From Candidatus Woesearchaeota archaeon (GTDB lineage Archaea > Nanobdellota > Nanobdellia > Woesearchaeales > JABIAG01): a stretch of DNA of 24,000 nucleotides. The position numbers and the translations under genes were made by a program. The stretch is taken from the NCBI GenBank assembly GCA_018653365.1, contig JABIAG010000001.1, forward strand, positions 735,591 to 759,590, written 5' to 3'. Numbering within the stretch: the first letter of the stretch is position 1; every line of letters starts with the position of its first letter. A model generated the notes under the pieces. It ran no database searches. It was not told the DNA's origin and saw nothing but the letters and a program-made list of their open reading frames with translations. This document shows positions 15,524-23,663 of this stretch, piece by piece.

Positions 15524-16132
15524 TTATAAAATTTTCTGTATTTTATTACCTTTTCTATGATGGTTTGATCCTATCAACAACCCCCATTTTTCAAGGTTCT
15601 TGAATCCGGGAAGTTCCAACCTTGATGCATTTCCCTTCTTAGAAATTGAACCATAAAAACCACAATCTTCTAGTTTACTCAATATTTGAACAAGAAACGA
15701 TTTGGCATTGCTAGTAATCTCAATTCTCGGATAATAAGGTATTGTTCTATGTTGTTTACTCAAAACACAACAACCATCCGTATCAAACAAACCCCTTAAG
15801 AAATCAAAGAAGAATTGGGAGTTAATCAAGTCATTACCAATCTTCAAATTTGAATATTTCTTTCCCACAGGCATACCCCAACTTTTAAAAGTATCAAATA
15901 TACCTTTATCACTGAATCTTAAAAACAGGGTATTTTCTTTTTTTCTAAATCCGATGTTAACAGTTTTATTAAAAACTTCTAAGAATAACTTTTTTGTAAC
16001 CTGAGTATGATACGCAAAATCGTCTAGTTTGTGACCGCTGATATAGATTAAGTGTCTATTTCCTGCTCGCGATAAACAGCCATCTCCAAACATGATCCCC
16101 AACAGTTCTGCTTTTGCTACATCCATTTTCAT
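15524..16132 (-). CDS. Free-standing LAGLIDADG homing endonuclease (two-motif, single-chain type)
   Basis: Two dodecapeptide motifs, LLGIMFGDGCLS and FLRGLFDTDGCC, about 100 aa apart. GGAGG (16141-16145) lies 8 nt upstream of ATG 16132; the track starts at GTG 16156. No Hint/intein blocks and no flanking rRNA sequence recognised. Confidence 0.88.
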   Translation of the reverse strand: MKMDVAKAELLGIMFGDGCLSRAGNRHLIYISGHKLDDFAYHTQVTKKLFLEVFNKTVNIGFRKKENTLFLRFSDKGIFDTFKSWGMPVGKKYSNLKIGNDLINSQFFFDFLRGLFDTDGCCVLSKQHRTIPYYPRIEITSNAKSFLVQILSKLEDCGFYGSISKKGNASRLELPGFKNLEKWGLLIGSNHHRKGNKIQKIL

Positions 16133-16266
16133 TTTATTTTCCTCCAAAGTTTTCACTATTGTAAACTTTGGATTTGGCAGAAGGATAAAACTTAGTTTAC
16201 AGAAGAAGTTTTATTTATAAATAATTTGGCAGCGTTTGTCCAGTGCCACACAAAAATGTCCAGTGG

Positions 16267-16521
16267 TTATCTGACCAACCTAGAATGACCCCATTGAATA
16301 AGAAGATCAACGTTTAATGACTTAAGCTCTACTGGAACATCACAAGCACCAAAACAAGTACCTGCCCAAATAATCACTTTAGCAGAGGTATTAGACTCGA
16401 TTTCTTTCTGTATTTTATCTGCTTGAGGTTTTAAACCATCAGGCAATTGAATACAAACAAGTTTGGCTTTAGAAGCTTTTACTTGTTTTATTACCTTGTT
16501 TAGTTCTAAATCGTAATTCAT
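16267..16521 (-). pseudogene. dph2: Diphthamide synthase Dph2 N-terminal fragment (84 codons; full-length archaeal Dph2 is ~330-340 aa)
   Basis: YDLELNKVIKQVKASKAKLVCIQLPDGLKPQA...AGTCFGACDVPVELKSLNVDLLIQWGHS follows the Dph2 N-terminal domain, including the first cluster Cys (GACD) and the GHS motif. It then terminates (RLVR*). No continuation appears in any frame before the endonuclease gene. Confidence 0.7.
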
Positions 16522-16555
16522 AAACTAAGATAAGAAAAAGGGTTTAAAAATGTTA

Positions 16556-17296
16556 TTACTCCTTAACTACATCCACAACCAAGAAAGAAGGATAACGAGA
16601 ATCAGGTTCCATATCAGGGTACTTTTCAACAAATTCTTTTGAAATTGAGGGTTCATTAAAACTAACAAGCTTAAAACCCGCATTTACTAACGTGTTTAAA
16701 TACTCCTGAATACTATGAAAATTGGCCCCAATATTTTTCCAATCACCATTAGTTAATCTTACCTTTCCAGTAAAAGGAAAATTAGAAAAATAAGAACTAC
16801 CCTCTTCAAACTTGCACTTTTCCCAATTAGATGTGTTCATCATAATCAGCATAGGGTGTGGTACCCAGAACACAAAATGCCCCCCAGTATTAAGAGAATC
16901 AAAGATTTGTTTAATTAAACCTGCTAATTGTACGTTATCAACAGAGTATTGAATAACACTCAACGCAGTTATCACGTCAAACGTCTTATTTAACGCTCTT
17001 AATTCGAACATATCCACTAAAGAATAAGTTATGTTGTCAGAGGGATTAAGTTTTTTTGAGATATCAATCATGGCTTTAACAGAATCGATCCCAACTACTG
17101 ATTCATAATCTACTGCCATCTTCTTTGTCCACCTTCCAGTCCCACACCCAACATCTAAAAGAGATTTATCTTTAGAACTGTACTTCTTAACTATTTCAAG
17201 AACTAAAGGCCGAGCAACAAAATCAGGCATAGACTCATTTAGCTCCCACTTCATAGAATTTTCATGCGTGTAAATATCTTCAGGTTTGAGCGACAT
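16556..17296 (-). CDS. Class I SAM-dependent methyltransferase
   Basis: Motif I LLDVGCGTGRWT, post-I VVGIDSV, and a later GGHFVFWVP motif. The substrate cannot be inferred. Confidence 0.85.
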   Translation of the reverse strand: MSLKPEDIYTHENSMKWELNESMPDFVARPLVLEIVKKYSSKDKSLLDVGCGTGRWTKKMAVDYESVVGIDSVKAMIDISKKLNPSDNITYSLVDMFELRALNKTFDVITALSVIQYSVDNVQLAGLIKQIFDSLNTGGHFVFWVPHPMLIMMNTSNWEKCKFEEGSSYFSNFPFTGKVRLTNGDWKNIGANFHSIQEYLNTLVNAGFKLVSFNEPSISKEFVEKYPDMEPDSRYPSFLVVDVVKE

Positions 17297-17335
17297 AACA
17301 CCACTAACTAAAGACAGTATAAGAATCTTCTGATA

Positions 17336-18073
17336 TTACTTTCTAATTGCAATACCTGCTTTAATTATAAAACCAATAACTAAGAAAATAAGTGTTTCTA
17401 TACCAAGAAAGTTAGCAACATAAACATAATTGAATCCTAGTGCAACCGCTGCCCCTATAAGTGAGATTAATGCAATAACAAAACAAATGTTAGACACAAA
17501 CCGCGATCTTTGAAAATTAAGAACCTCTTTTTTTATTTTATTCACTTTATTATAAAGATCTAAAAATTCTCGCTTAAGAGGATTAATTTCAGAAGCAACC
17601 TCATCTGCATCCAAATACTTCTTTCTAACATCCTTTAAGAACATGTCTCTAACTTCATTAACTTTTAATAAACTAGCTTCCAAATTCTTGATTCGTGATT
17701 CTTTAACAACCTCTCGAGATTTTTTAAGTTTAACAATATCCTTCTTTAGATGATCTACATCTGAAGAAGAATTTTTTGATTGACGTTGAAACTCTGAACG
17801 TAGAACTGCATCTTTTTGAAGCATTGAAAGAACATCAGAAAACTCCTTAACAGACTTTTGTTCATAAGAAATCTTTTCAACCTTTAATCGCATTTTATGC
17901 AAGTCTTCATCTTTAGCAGCATTCTTATCTGCTTCTAACTGTTTAAGATTAAGTTCATTAAGCTCTGTAGCCATAAGTTTCCGAGATTTTTTAAGACTGA
18001 CAATCTCTTCTTTTATTTTAGAAAAAGAATTTGATAAGTGTTCATCAATTTCCTTTAATGTTTTTTCCCCCAT
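17336..18073 (-). CDS. Coiled-coil protein with a C-terminal double-TM anchor
   Basis: About 190 aa of K/E-rich heptad-like sequence, then NICFVIALISLIGAAVALGF and LGIETLIFLVIGFIIKAGIAI. ATG 18073 is preferred over TTG 18079. A TATA-like TTTAAAA lies about 27 nt upstream. Confidence 0.6.
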   Translation of the reverse strand: MGEKTLKEIDEHLSNSFSKIKEEIVSLKKSRKLMATELNELNLKQLEADKNAAKDEDLHKMRLKVEKISYEQKSVKEFSDVLSMLQKDAVLRSEFQRQSKNSSSDVDHLKKDIVKLKKSREVVKESRIKNLEASLLKVNEVRDMFLKDVRKKYLDADEVASEINPLKREFLDLYNKVNKIKKEVLNFQRSRFVSNICFVIALISLIGAAVALGFNYVYVANFLGIETLIFLVIGFIIKAGIAIRK

Positions 18074-18127
18074 ATCCAATTAGATAGAAAAATGGTTTAA
18101 AAGGATTATTGTAGTTAAATATTGAGG

Positions 18128-18427
18128 TTACTTTATAGGGAATCTTGTTTGCTTATTACAATGCAAGCAAGTATATACAATTCCTTTAGGAGTTCTTCTC
18201 ACTCTAACTGTTTTACCCTGCCTCAAATATTTGTAACAGTGTTTACAAAATCGTCGCTTAAGCTCAGAAGGAATGCGTACTTTGTACTTCATAGAAATCT
18301 TTCTAGCCAGGGTTACATACCTGTTAGATAAAGTGTCATCAGCACACTTTGCTTGTTTAAAGAGTTCATTAATACGTTCTTTAGCAGTTTTAATAATCTT
18401 TGGAGACTTTGGATTATACTTTCGCAT
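18128..18427 (-). CDS. rnp4: RNase P protein component 4 (Rpp21/Rpr2 family)
   Basis: RYVTLARKISMKYKVRIPSELKRRFCKHCYKYLRQGKTVRVR...YTCLHCN: a conserved helical N-terminal part plus a CxxC...CxxC zinc ribbon. The track ORF starts at 18559 and overlaps the upstream gene. ATG 18427 with an upstream TATA is preferred. Confidence 0.85.
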   Translation of the reverse strand: MRKYNPKSPKIIKTAKERINELFKQAKCADDTLSNRYVTLARKISMKYKVRIPSELKRRFCKHCYKYLRQGKTVRVRRTPKGIVYTCLHCNKQTRFPIK

Positions 18428-18458
18428 AAGGTTAATAAAAAAAAGAAGTTTATAATAT

Positions 18459-19619
18459 TTACTCTTTAATCTCTTTAAGTTCTTTAATTTCGAACTTATC
18501 GCCCTTTTTTCTATCAAATTCGTGAAGAGTTTTATCTTTGTCTTCTTCCACATCTTCAATTAAGAAATTTAAAAAACGCCTAACCCAACCCTTTTCCTCT
18601 TTCTTTTTAGAAATTACCTCAAGTTTAGGTTCAACTACCTTTTTTTCAACAACTTTAGTTTTTTCTATGACTTTAGGTTTTTGGTTTTCTAACTTTTCCA
18701 ACTTAGAAGCAAGTTTTGTAAGATTCTTCTTTAAATCAGTAACTTCCTGATTTAATGACTTCTTCTCAGCTACTTGTTCGTTTAGCTCTTTCTTTAATTC
18801 CAACATGCCTTTCTGTAACTTGACATTTTCTAATTTGAAAGATTTTTTAATTTCCTCTGCCTTCTTAGTTATTGACTTTTTAGACATTAACTTTTTAACA
18901 GATTCCATGTCTTCAAGCATTCTTCGAGAGATGTCTTTTTCTAACTTATCAAGATTAACATTGTTAGTTTTATTTGAGAGATCCAACTTTTTATCAACAT
19001 TAGAAATTTTAGATTCTAATGCTGCTTTTTCATCATCAATATTTTTGGTGACTCCTGCTTTTAATATGTCTTGACCTACCTTTAAACGTTCTAACTTTTT
19101 ATTAATATCTGACCGTAGTTTTGTGCTATCTTTTTTGTAATCTTTAGTGTGAACCGCAACTGCATCAATAGTTTTAACTTGTTTATCAAGAACTTGTATT
19201 CTTTCCAGCTCTGTTCTTAAAAACTTGATCTTCTTTAATTCAGACCCAATCTCTTCAGCTTTAGCTGAGTTCTCATCCAATTTAAGAATTTTTGAATTCC
19301 ACACAGTAATTTTAGCATTAGTCTGATCCAAGAACTTATCTGTTGAAATTGCAATATCTTTAACCTGTTTTTCAAGGTCTTTAGTTTTATTTGTTAATTG
19401 TTTGTCTAGATAATCAGTCTTGTTTTTTAACTCTCTGAATATTAACTCATTAAGCTCTTTTAATCTCCCTCGAAAAATGTCTAAAGAGGTATCCACCTTC
19501 TCCTCTAACTGAATAAATTCTTCCCTTGTTTCAATGAAATCCTTCTTAACAGAAGCAAAAGTAATTCTCAAAATCTTATCTAATTTTGGTACATGTTCAA
19601 TATGAATCTTTTTCTGCAT
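18459..19619 (-). CDS. Long coiled-coil protein (K/E-rich), unknown function
   Basis: About 386 aa, almost entirely heptad-like charged sequence. A GGGGAT SD lies before ATG 19619 (the track uses TTG 19634). The promoter box is nearly identical to that of 17336-18073. Confidence 0.6.
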   Translation of the reverse strand: MQKKIHIEHVPKLDKILRITFASVKKDFIETREEFIQLEEKVDTSLDIFRGRLKELNELIFRELKNKTDYLDKQLTNKTKDLEKQVKDIAISTDKFLDQTNAKITVWNSKILKLDENSAKAEEIGSELKKIKFLRTELERIQVLDKQVKTIDAVAVHTKDYKKDSTKLRSDINKKLERLKVGQDILKAGVTKNIDDEKAALESKISNVDKKLDLSNKTNNVNLDKLEKDISRRMLEDMESVKKLMSKKSITKKAEEIKKSFKLENVKLQKGMLELKKELNEQVAEKKSLNQEVTDLKKNLTKLASKLEKLENQKPKVIEKTKVVEKKVVEPKLEVISKKKEEKGWVRRFLNFLIEDVEEDKDKTLHEFDRKKGDKFEIKELKEIKE

Positions 19620-19690
19620 TTTATCCCCTAACAAAAGATAGAGAAGTCATTTATAAGGATTATTATAGAAAAAAAGAGGTGTTAGAAAGG

Positions 19691-20269
19691 TTAAATATGT
19701 GTTCCGGATTTAACTCCTACAGGAACGGGCATTCTCCCACCCAACAAATAAGCACGAACTGTTTGTTCAACTGCATCATCCAAATGACCTTGAGCATGAG
19801 TAAGTGATTCTAACTCAGAAGCAGATAACTCTTCCCTTGTTACCCTAACAAACCCACGATAAAACTCACCTGCATTCCGTGCATTAAATGAAGAAACATT
19901 TTGTTTTATGGCTCCTGCCTCAAGAAACAGTCCCCCCCTAGTTTTTCTCAAGCCCCAACAAGACTCAAGAGGTTCTCCCAACATTCCCACTGCAAGATTA
20001 TACGCCTGTTCAGGATAAGATTTGATAAAAGCTTCACAAGCATCCCTTCTCCCAACATATTTTATATCAGGAACTGTAGGAATTATTTTGAAGGTAAACA
20101 CAGGAGGATCTGGTTCGGTTTCATATCCATTAATCGTTTCTCTTTGAGAAAGAACCAACTTTGCCAATGCATCCCGGATCTCTGCAACTTCACCTAATCG
20201 CCATAAAGCAAGGGCAAGAACTCCCACCGTCGCTGTCTCACATACTGTCCTTAAACTCGGTATCCGCAT
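19691..20269 (-). CDS. Hypothetical protein (192 aa) with an N-terminal hydrophobic segment
   Basis: ATG start, 26 nt downstream of the previous gene on the same strand (operon-like). The N-terminal ATVGVLALALWRL looks like a TM or signal anchor. No domain recognised. Confidence 0.55.
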   Translation of the reverse strand: MRIPSLRTVCETATVGVLALALWRLGEVAEIRDALAKLVLSQRETINGYETEPDPPVFTFKIIPTVPDIKYVGRRDACEAFIKSYPEQAYNLAVGMLGEPLESCWGLRKTRGGLFLEAGAIKQNVSSFNARNAGEFYRGFVRVTREELSASELESLTHAQGHLDDAVEQTVRAYLLGGRMPVPVGVKSGTHI

Positions 20270-20295
20270 AATAAGAGAATAATTAGAAGAATTAT

Positions 20296-20772
20296 TTAAA
20301 GTTTATTCCTTTCTCTTGCTTTTTGCTCCTTAAGATAATGAATAAAAGATAGGTTTACACGTTCTTGAAATGATAAGATCGCAGAATACACCTTTACCAA
20401 ATTCATATGACCTACGTTCTTAAGCGGAACTTGACGTCCATCACGATACAAAATACAATCAGCATTATCTTCAGTAACATCCATAAACAGGCGGGTATTA
20501 GCAACCTTAAACAGAATTCTATCATCTCTAATCAAAAACAGGGAAGGATTTTTATCAACCATGTGATCCAAACCTTGCTGATATGCTCGTTCAGGATTGT
20601 TCCGAAGTGCAGCATCATAGTCAGCATTCTTTTCAGTTAGTTCTGGAAGAAGTACCCGAATGTAAACTGCGCGTGTTTTAACCGGTTCTGTCTTTTTTTC
20701 CCTTAATAACGGAGTAGCCAGAGCCGCAGCAAGAATAATACTTAACCCAACCCAAGTTCTTCGTCTTAGCAT
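20296..20772 (-). CDS. Hypothetical secreted or membrane-anchored protein (158 aa)
   Basis: The N-terminus MLRRRTWVGLSIILAAALATPLL is signal-peptide/TM-like. It follows trmB-like by 24 nt on the same strand. Confidence 0.55.
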   Translation of the reverse strand: MLRRRTWVGLSIILAAALATPLLREKKTEPVKTRAVYIRVLLPELTEKNADYDAALRNNPERAYQQGLDHMVDKNPSLFLIRDDRILFKVANTRLFMDVTEDNADCILYRDGRQVPLKNVGHMNLVKVYSAILSFQERVNLSFIHYLKEQKARERNKL

Positions 20773-20796
20773 AAAGAATGAAAAATAAGAATTTAT

Positions 20797-21489
20797 TTAA
20801 AGCTTATCCCAAATAAAGTTAAAGTAAACTCTAAAAGAACTAGCAACTTCCTTCTCATGAATTAAAATCGCATAAGGATTCTGTTCATCCCACATGATAA
20901 ACGCAACATTATCACCATAAATGTTAATTGCTGTATGACCTGCAGATTTCATAAACTTTATCTCCGAAAGTGGCAATGAAATCTTCTCTTTTTTACCAGA
21001 AAAGACGATCTTGAATTTTATGTTTTTTTCTTTCCTTAAGAGATGGTACTTGGGAAAATAATGTTTTAAAGAAGAACTGCTTTCTAAACTACCCCCTAAA
21101 ACTAAAACTTCCTTTCCAGTTCTTAACTGATCATCAAGAACGTAACGAATCCCCTTTTCCCCTATAAAGAACTGAGTTGATTTTTTTTCTGCATTTTGCT
21201 GAAAAAGCTTTTGCAAATCAGGAAGTCCTTGACTTACAACATTTGCTTTCTCGTCAACAAGTTCTTTCAACTTCTTTGGATTATTAGCAAAATAGTTCTT
21301 TGTGTTATCCACAGTTAAATACGAAACCAGTCCCTTTTCAGCCAACCTTTGGAGAACATCATAAACGCTTCTACGATGAATACCTGTACGTTTAGCGAGT
21401 TCGGTAACGTTTGAACTAGAGAGTTGTAAGAGAATCTTGTAAAGTTTTGTTTCATTCTTTGTTAGGCCTGCCGCCTCTAACGCATTCAT
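20797..21489 (-). CDS. TrmB-family transcriptional regulator
   Basis: The N-terminal wHTH LGLTKNETKLYKILLQLSSSNVTELAKRTGIHRRSVYDVLQRLAEKGLVS is typical of TrmB. A coiled linker and a C-terminal effector-like domain follow. Confidence 0.85.
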   Translation of the reverse strand: MNALEAAGLTKNETKLYKILLQLSSSNVTELAKRTGIHRRSVYDVLQRLAEKGLVSYLTVDNTKNYFANNPKKLKELVDEKANVVSQGLPDLQKLFQQNAEKKSTQFFIGEKGIRYVLDDQLRTGKEVLVLGGSLESSSSLKHYFPKYHLLRKEKNIKFKIVFSGKKEKISLPLSEIKFMKSAGHTAINIYGDNVAFIMWDEQNPYAILIHEKEVASSFRVYFNFIWDKL

Positions 21490-21587
21490 AGATAAATTAA
21501 CCCCCTGGATTATTTAAATGTTGTGGTGATAAGTACTCCCACATACCTTTATGTTATTAAATTACTTTAATCTCTTTGGTGATAAAT

Positions 21588-22562
21588 ATGACGAAGAAAA
21601 AATCATTTTTCAAAGAAAAAACAATAAGTGAATTAAAAGCAATGAATGTTTGGGGAGTAGAAACCCCAGAAGATTTAGTTGCAACAATACAAGAATTAGG
21701 AGATGAAGACGCATTACTGTTAGACTTTGGCCTAACTCCTGCCAGGTTTGGACCAGATCCAACAGTGGCTTCACGCCGTAATTTAAGACACGGATTTTAT
21801 TGCAACCTAAACCAACCCTATTCTGCTGAACAAGCAGAAGCTACAACGGCAATCCCACTAGATATAAGACAAACCAGCATGGACAGAGTATTAGCAAGAC
21901 AAGAAGAAAATGTTTTCTGTTTGGGATATAGTTTCAGACCAATAATTGGAGCAGATAGAAGAAGAGTATACGTTCCCTTTTGGAGTGTGATGGAAGGATG
22001 TAAAAGAGACACTTACGATCAATGGATAAAACAAAAGTTCGCACATTTAGGAGCAGGCTCCAGCATAGAGGTATATGATGACAATCCAGTTGTAAAAGTG
22101 TCTTCGAGTACAAAAGGCCAGGGCCGTTACAGAATAAGATGGAAAAATGTGTGTGTTGACGAGGAAGACAAAAGAGTTAAATGTTGGGGAACCCGACCAG
22201 TATACGAAGGAACAGGAGATGTAGAACCAACACATAAAGTGTATAACATCGCATTAGGAAAAGACCAAGCAATGATCTATCCCCACGATGTTCATTCCCA
22301 CCAAGTAATCGTTCGTGAACACATGAGAGAGCACAACCTACTTCCATTAGAAAGATCACAATATGCTATTCCGTCACGAATGGCTGCTGCTTTCTGGGGA
22401 AACCTGGATAGAGTGTTAGTGGCGGATAACGGATTACGAAAATTACACATAGACGAGAAAAGCATGATGATATCTAGATTAGCCGCAGTCAAGGGTGTTG
22501 ACGAAGTATTATTTTGGGATGCAGAAAGAGATGGAAGAATAAGAGATTATGAATGGAGTTAA
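21588..22562 (+). CDS. Hypothetical protein (324 aa), no recognised domain
   Basis: GGTGAT SD (21578-21583) lies 4 nt before ATG 21588 (the track uses TTG 21576). Non-repetitive, Trp/His/Arg-containing sequence. Divergent from the trmB-like gene. Confidence 0.6.
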   Translation: MTKKKSFFKEKTISELKAMNVWGVETPEDLVATIQELGDEDALLLDFGLTPARFGPDPTVASRRNLRHGFYCNLNQPYSAEQAEATTAIPLDIRQTSMDRVLARQEENVFCLGYSFRPIIGADRRRVYVPFWSVMEGCKRDTYDQWIKQKFAHLGAGSSIEVYDDNPVVKVSSSTKGQGRYRIRWKNVCVDEEDKRVKCWGTRPVYEGTGDVEPTHKVYNIALGKDQAMIYPHDVHSHQVIVREHMREHNLLPLERSQYAIPSRMAAAFWGNLDRVLVADNGLRKLHIDEKSMMISRLAAVKGVDEVLFWDAERDGRIRDYEWS

Positions 22563-23659
22563 TCCGTTTCCAGTGCTTTAACAGCAGGAAGAGACCGTCC
22601 AGCAATAAGATCAAGAAATGCTCCGCCCGCAGTAGTTGAATGAGTAAACTTAGTTAAGAAAGATTTCAAAGCCATTGCAGTTTCACCACCCCCAACCAAT
22701 GATGTAACTTTCGAATTGATCAGGGTTTTAGCTAATAGATTAGTTGCTTTAGTAAATCCCCCTTCAACATAACCCATAGGTCCATTCCAAATAACGGTTT
22801 TAGCTTTTTTTAGAATTTCTGAATAAATTAGGGTGGTTTGTTCCCCAATATCATACCCAATACTACTTTTATGCATGTTTTCTACAGGCACAGTTTTCTT
22901 ATTATCTAACAAAACATCAATCGGCAAAATTATTTTTTTATTCTTTATTAATTGTTTAGCTAGAGCAACCTCTTCCTTTTCGTAATAACTTCGACCAACC
23001 TCTTGTTTAAGAGCTTTCATAAATGTGAACATCATAGCACCACCAATCAGAACTGCATCCGCCCTCTTAATTAATGGGCCGAGAGTGTGAAGCTTGTCAA
23101 CTTTTTTACTTCCGATTAAAAGAATTAATGGATGTTTTGGCTTGTTTAATATTTGTCGGGTATTCTTTACTTCCTTTTCTAAATCAAAACCAGGATAAGA
23201 CGGGAGGAATTTAGTAATAGCAACCATAGAAGCATGCTTTCGATGAGAATTAGCAAACGCGTCATTAACATAAATATCAGCATATGAAGCTAACACTTTA
23301 GCATATCTTGGATTATTCTGTTTTTCGAAAGGATGAAACCTCAAGTTTTCTAACATTACAAATTTTTCTTTAGGAAGCACAGTTATTGACTCTTCCATAA
23401 AAGCTATCTTAGTGTTTAATAGTTTAGACAATCTAAGAGCAATCTTATCAAAAGAAAGACATTTCTCATATTTTTTAGGCCGGCCACCATGACCCATTAT
23501 AATAACCTGTTTAGCCTTCTTTAGAAAGTTTAAGGTTGGAAGAGATTTCATTAATCTAGAATCATCAAGAATTTTACCATCTTTATCTCTTGGCAAATCC
23601 AAATCTAAACGGATAATAACCTTCTTATTTTTTATTCTAACTTTTTTTAAAGATTTCAT
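22559..23659 (-). CDS. pgk: Phosphoglycerate kinase
   Basis: N-terminal IIRLDLDLP and IMGHGGRPK, C-terminal WNGPMGYVE and GGGETA motifs. 366 aa. Confidence 0.92.
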   Translation of the reverse strand: MKSLKKVRIKNKKVIIRLDLDLPRDKDGKILDDSRLMKSLPTLNFLKKAKQVIIMGHGGRPKKYEKCLSFDKIALRLSKLLNTKIAFMEESITVLPKEKFVMLENLRFHPFEKQNNPRYAKVLASYADIYVNDAFANSHRKHASMVAITKFLPSYPGFDLEKEVKNTRQILNKPKHPLILLIGSKKVDKLHTLGPLIKRADAVLIGGAMMFTFMKALKQEVGRSYYEKEEVALAKQLIKNKKIILPIDVLLDNKKTVPVENMHKSSIGYDIGEQTTLIYSEILKKAKTVIWNGPMGYVEGGFTKATNLLAKTLINSKVTSLVGGGETAMALKSFLTKFTHSTTAGGAFLDLIAGRSLPAVKALETD

Positions 23660-23663
23660 TTGA

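Noticed and set aside
16207-16226. Third copy of the 21-bp repeat (TTTTATTTATAAATAATTTGGC)
   Set aside because: It shares only the TATA-like core with the 13141/14227 repeat and its flanks differ. It is treated as an ordinary AT-rich promoter-like box.
15524-16521. The LAGLIDADG ORF as an intein or a BHB mRNA intron inside dph2
   Set aside because: No Hint-domain splicing blocks flank the endonuclease, and the ORFs are separated by stops in all frames. No downstream dph2 exon exists between the endonuclease and the tRNA gene.
19691-20269. Papain-like cysteine peptidase call for the 192-aa protein, based on the ESCWG and THAQGH motifs
   Set aside because: This is only a 4-residue resemblance to the papain GSCWAF motif. 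There is no Gln oxyanion or Asn context, and the spacing is unverified, so it is too weak to annotate.
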